A stretch of DNA of 16,112 bases from an uncultured delta proteobacterium (GTDB lineage Bacteria > Desulfobacterota > Zymogenia > Zymogenales > Zymogenaceae): positions 1 to 16,112 of the forward strand of contig CAWBYW010000032.1 in NCBI GenBank assembly GCA_963792965.1, in the 5' to 3' direction. The position numbers and the translations under genes were made by a program. Positions 15,673-16,112 of the stretch are shown one piece after another (position 1 is the stretch's first letter; each line of letters starts with the position of its first letter). Below the pieces are notes generated by a model. It had not been told where the DNA came from and searched no databases. It saw only the letters and a list, made by a program, of their open reading frames with translations.

Positions 15673-16112
15673 CCGATAAGACCCAAAAGCCGACTATCAA
15701 CGACGCCGACGACTCCTTCTATAAGTGGGAAGTGTTGGGCATTGCCATTCTCGGCTCATTCATGGCCATTCTGGACAGCTCGATCGTCAACGTCGCCCTC
15801 CCTCACCTTATGGTCACCTTCTCGGCGAATGTCGAGCAGATCGAATGGGTCTCGACGGGCTATCTGCTGGCCTTCTCCATCTTCATGCCCGTGACCACTT
15901 GGTTAGAGACACCATAGGGCTCAGAAACGCGTTTGTCATGGCCCTCGTCTTTTTCATTACCGGCTCGGCCCTTTGCGGCCTGTCGTGGAGCCTCGATTCC
16001 CTGATCGTCTTCAGGGTCATCCAGGCCATCGGCGGCGGGGCGCTCATGCCGACCGGCCTCACCATGGTGAGCGAGGTCTTCCCGCCCCATCAGCGCGGGA
16101 TGGCCCTCGGCT
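15669..16112 (+). pseudogene. emrB: EmrB/QacA (DHA2) MFS efflux permease, 5' part; -1 frameshift near 15905; truncated by the window edge
   Basis: First frame: FMAILDSSIVNVALP, WVSTGYLLA. The -1 frame continues RDTIGLRNAFVMALVFFITGSALCGLSWSLDSLIVFRVIQAIGGGALMPTGLTMVSEVFPPHQRGMALG. Confidence 0.88.

Noticed and set aside
15915-15917. Stop-codon readthrough (Pyl/Sec) at TAG in emrB, or at TGA 3567-3569 in ligase 1
   Set aside because: Homology continues in a different frame before each stop, so readthrough cannot restore the proteins.
1-16112. CRISPR arrays, tRNA/rRNA, IS elements, prophage or defence genes
   Set aside because: No regularly spaced repeats, cloverleaf motifs, transposase, integrase or phage-like ORFs were seen.

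Overview
GC-rich (about 60%) bacterial chromosomal segment with no rRNA, tRNA, CRISPR or mobile element that I can recognise. Left to right: MFS transporter (-); Ig-like lipoprotein (-); then a long + strand block made of a stand-alone Pat-type GNAT acetyltransferase, two tandem paralogous long-chain acyl-CoA ligases (the first split by a -1 frameshift at an in-phase G_GGA_AAG heptamer), an orphan HlyD-type membrane-fusion lipoprotein, a 4-TM membrane protein, a HAD-IIB phosphatase and an alkyl-DHAP-synthase (AGPS)-like FAD enzyme. After that come, on the - strand, a lower-GC SAM methyltransferase, a secreted hypothetical protein, an SplB-like radical SAM protein and a small coiled-coil lipoprotein. 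The window ends with a divergent tetraheme cytochrome c554-like gene followed by emrA and a frameshifted emrB that runs off the edge. The best leads are a possible ether-lipid/fatty-acyl module with its own acetylation switch, the slippery-site frameshift and apparent leaderless mRNAs. Two or three single-base deletions in 16 kb mean sequencing error is a serious alternative explanation for the frameshifts. All family calls come from motif recognition; no database search was run.
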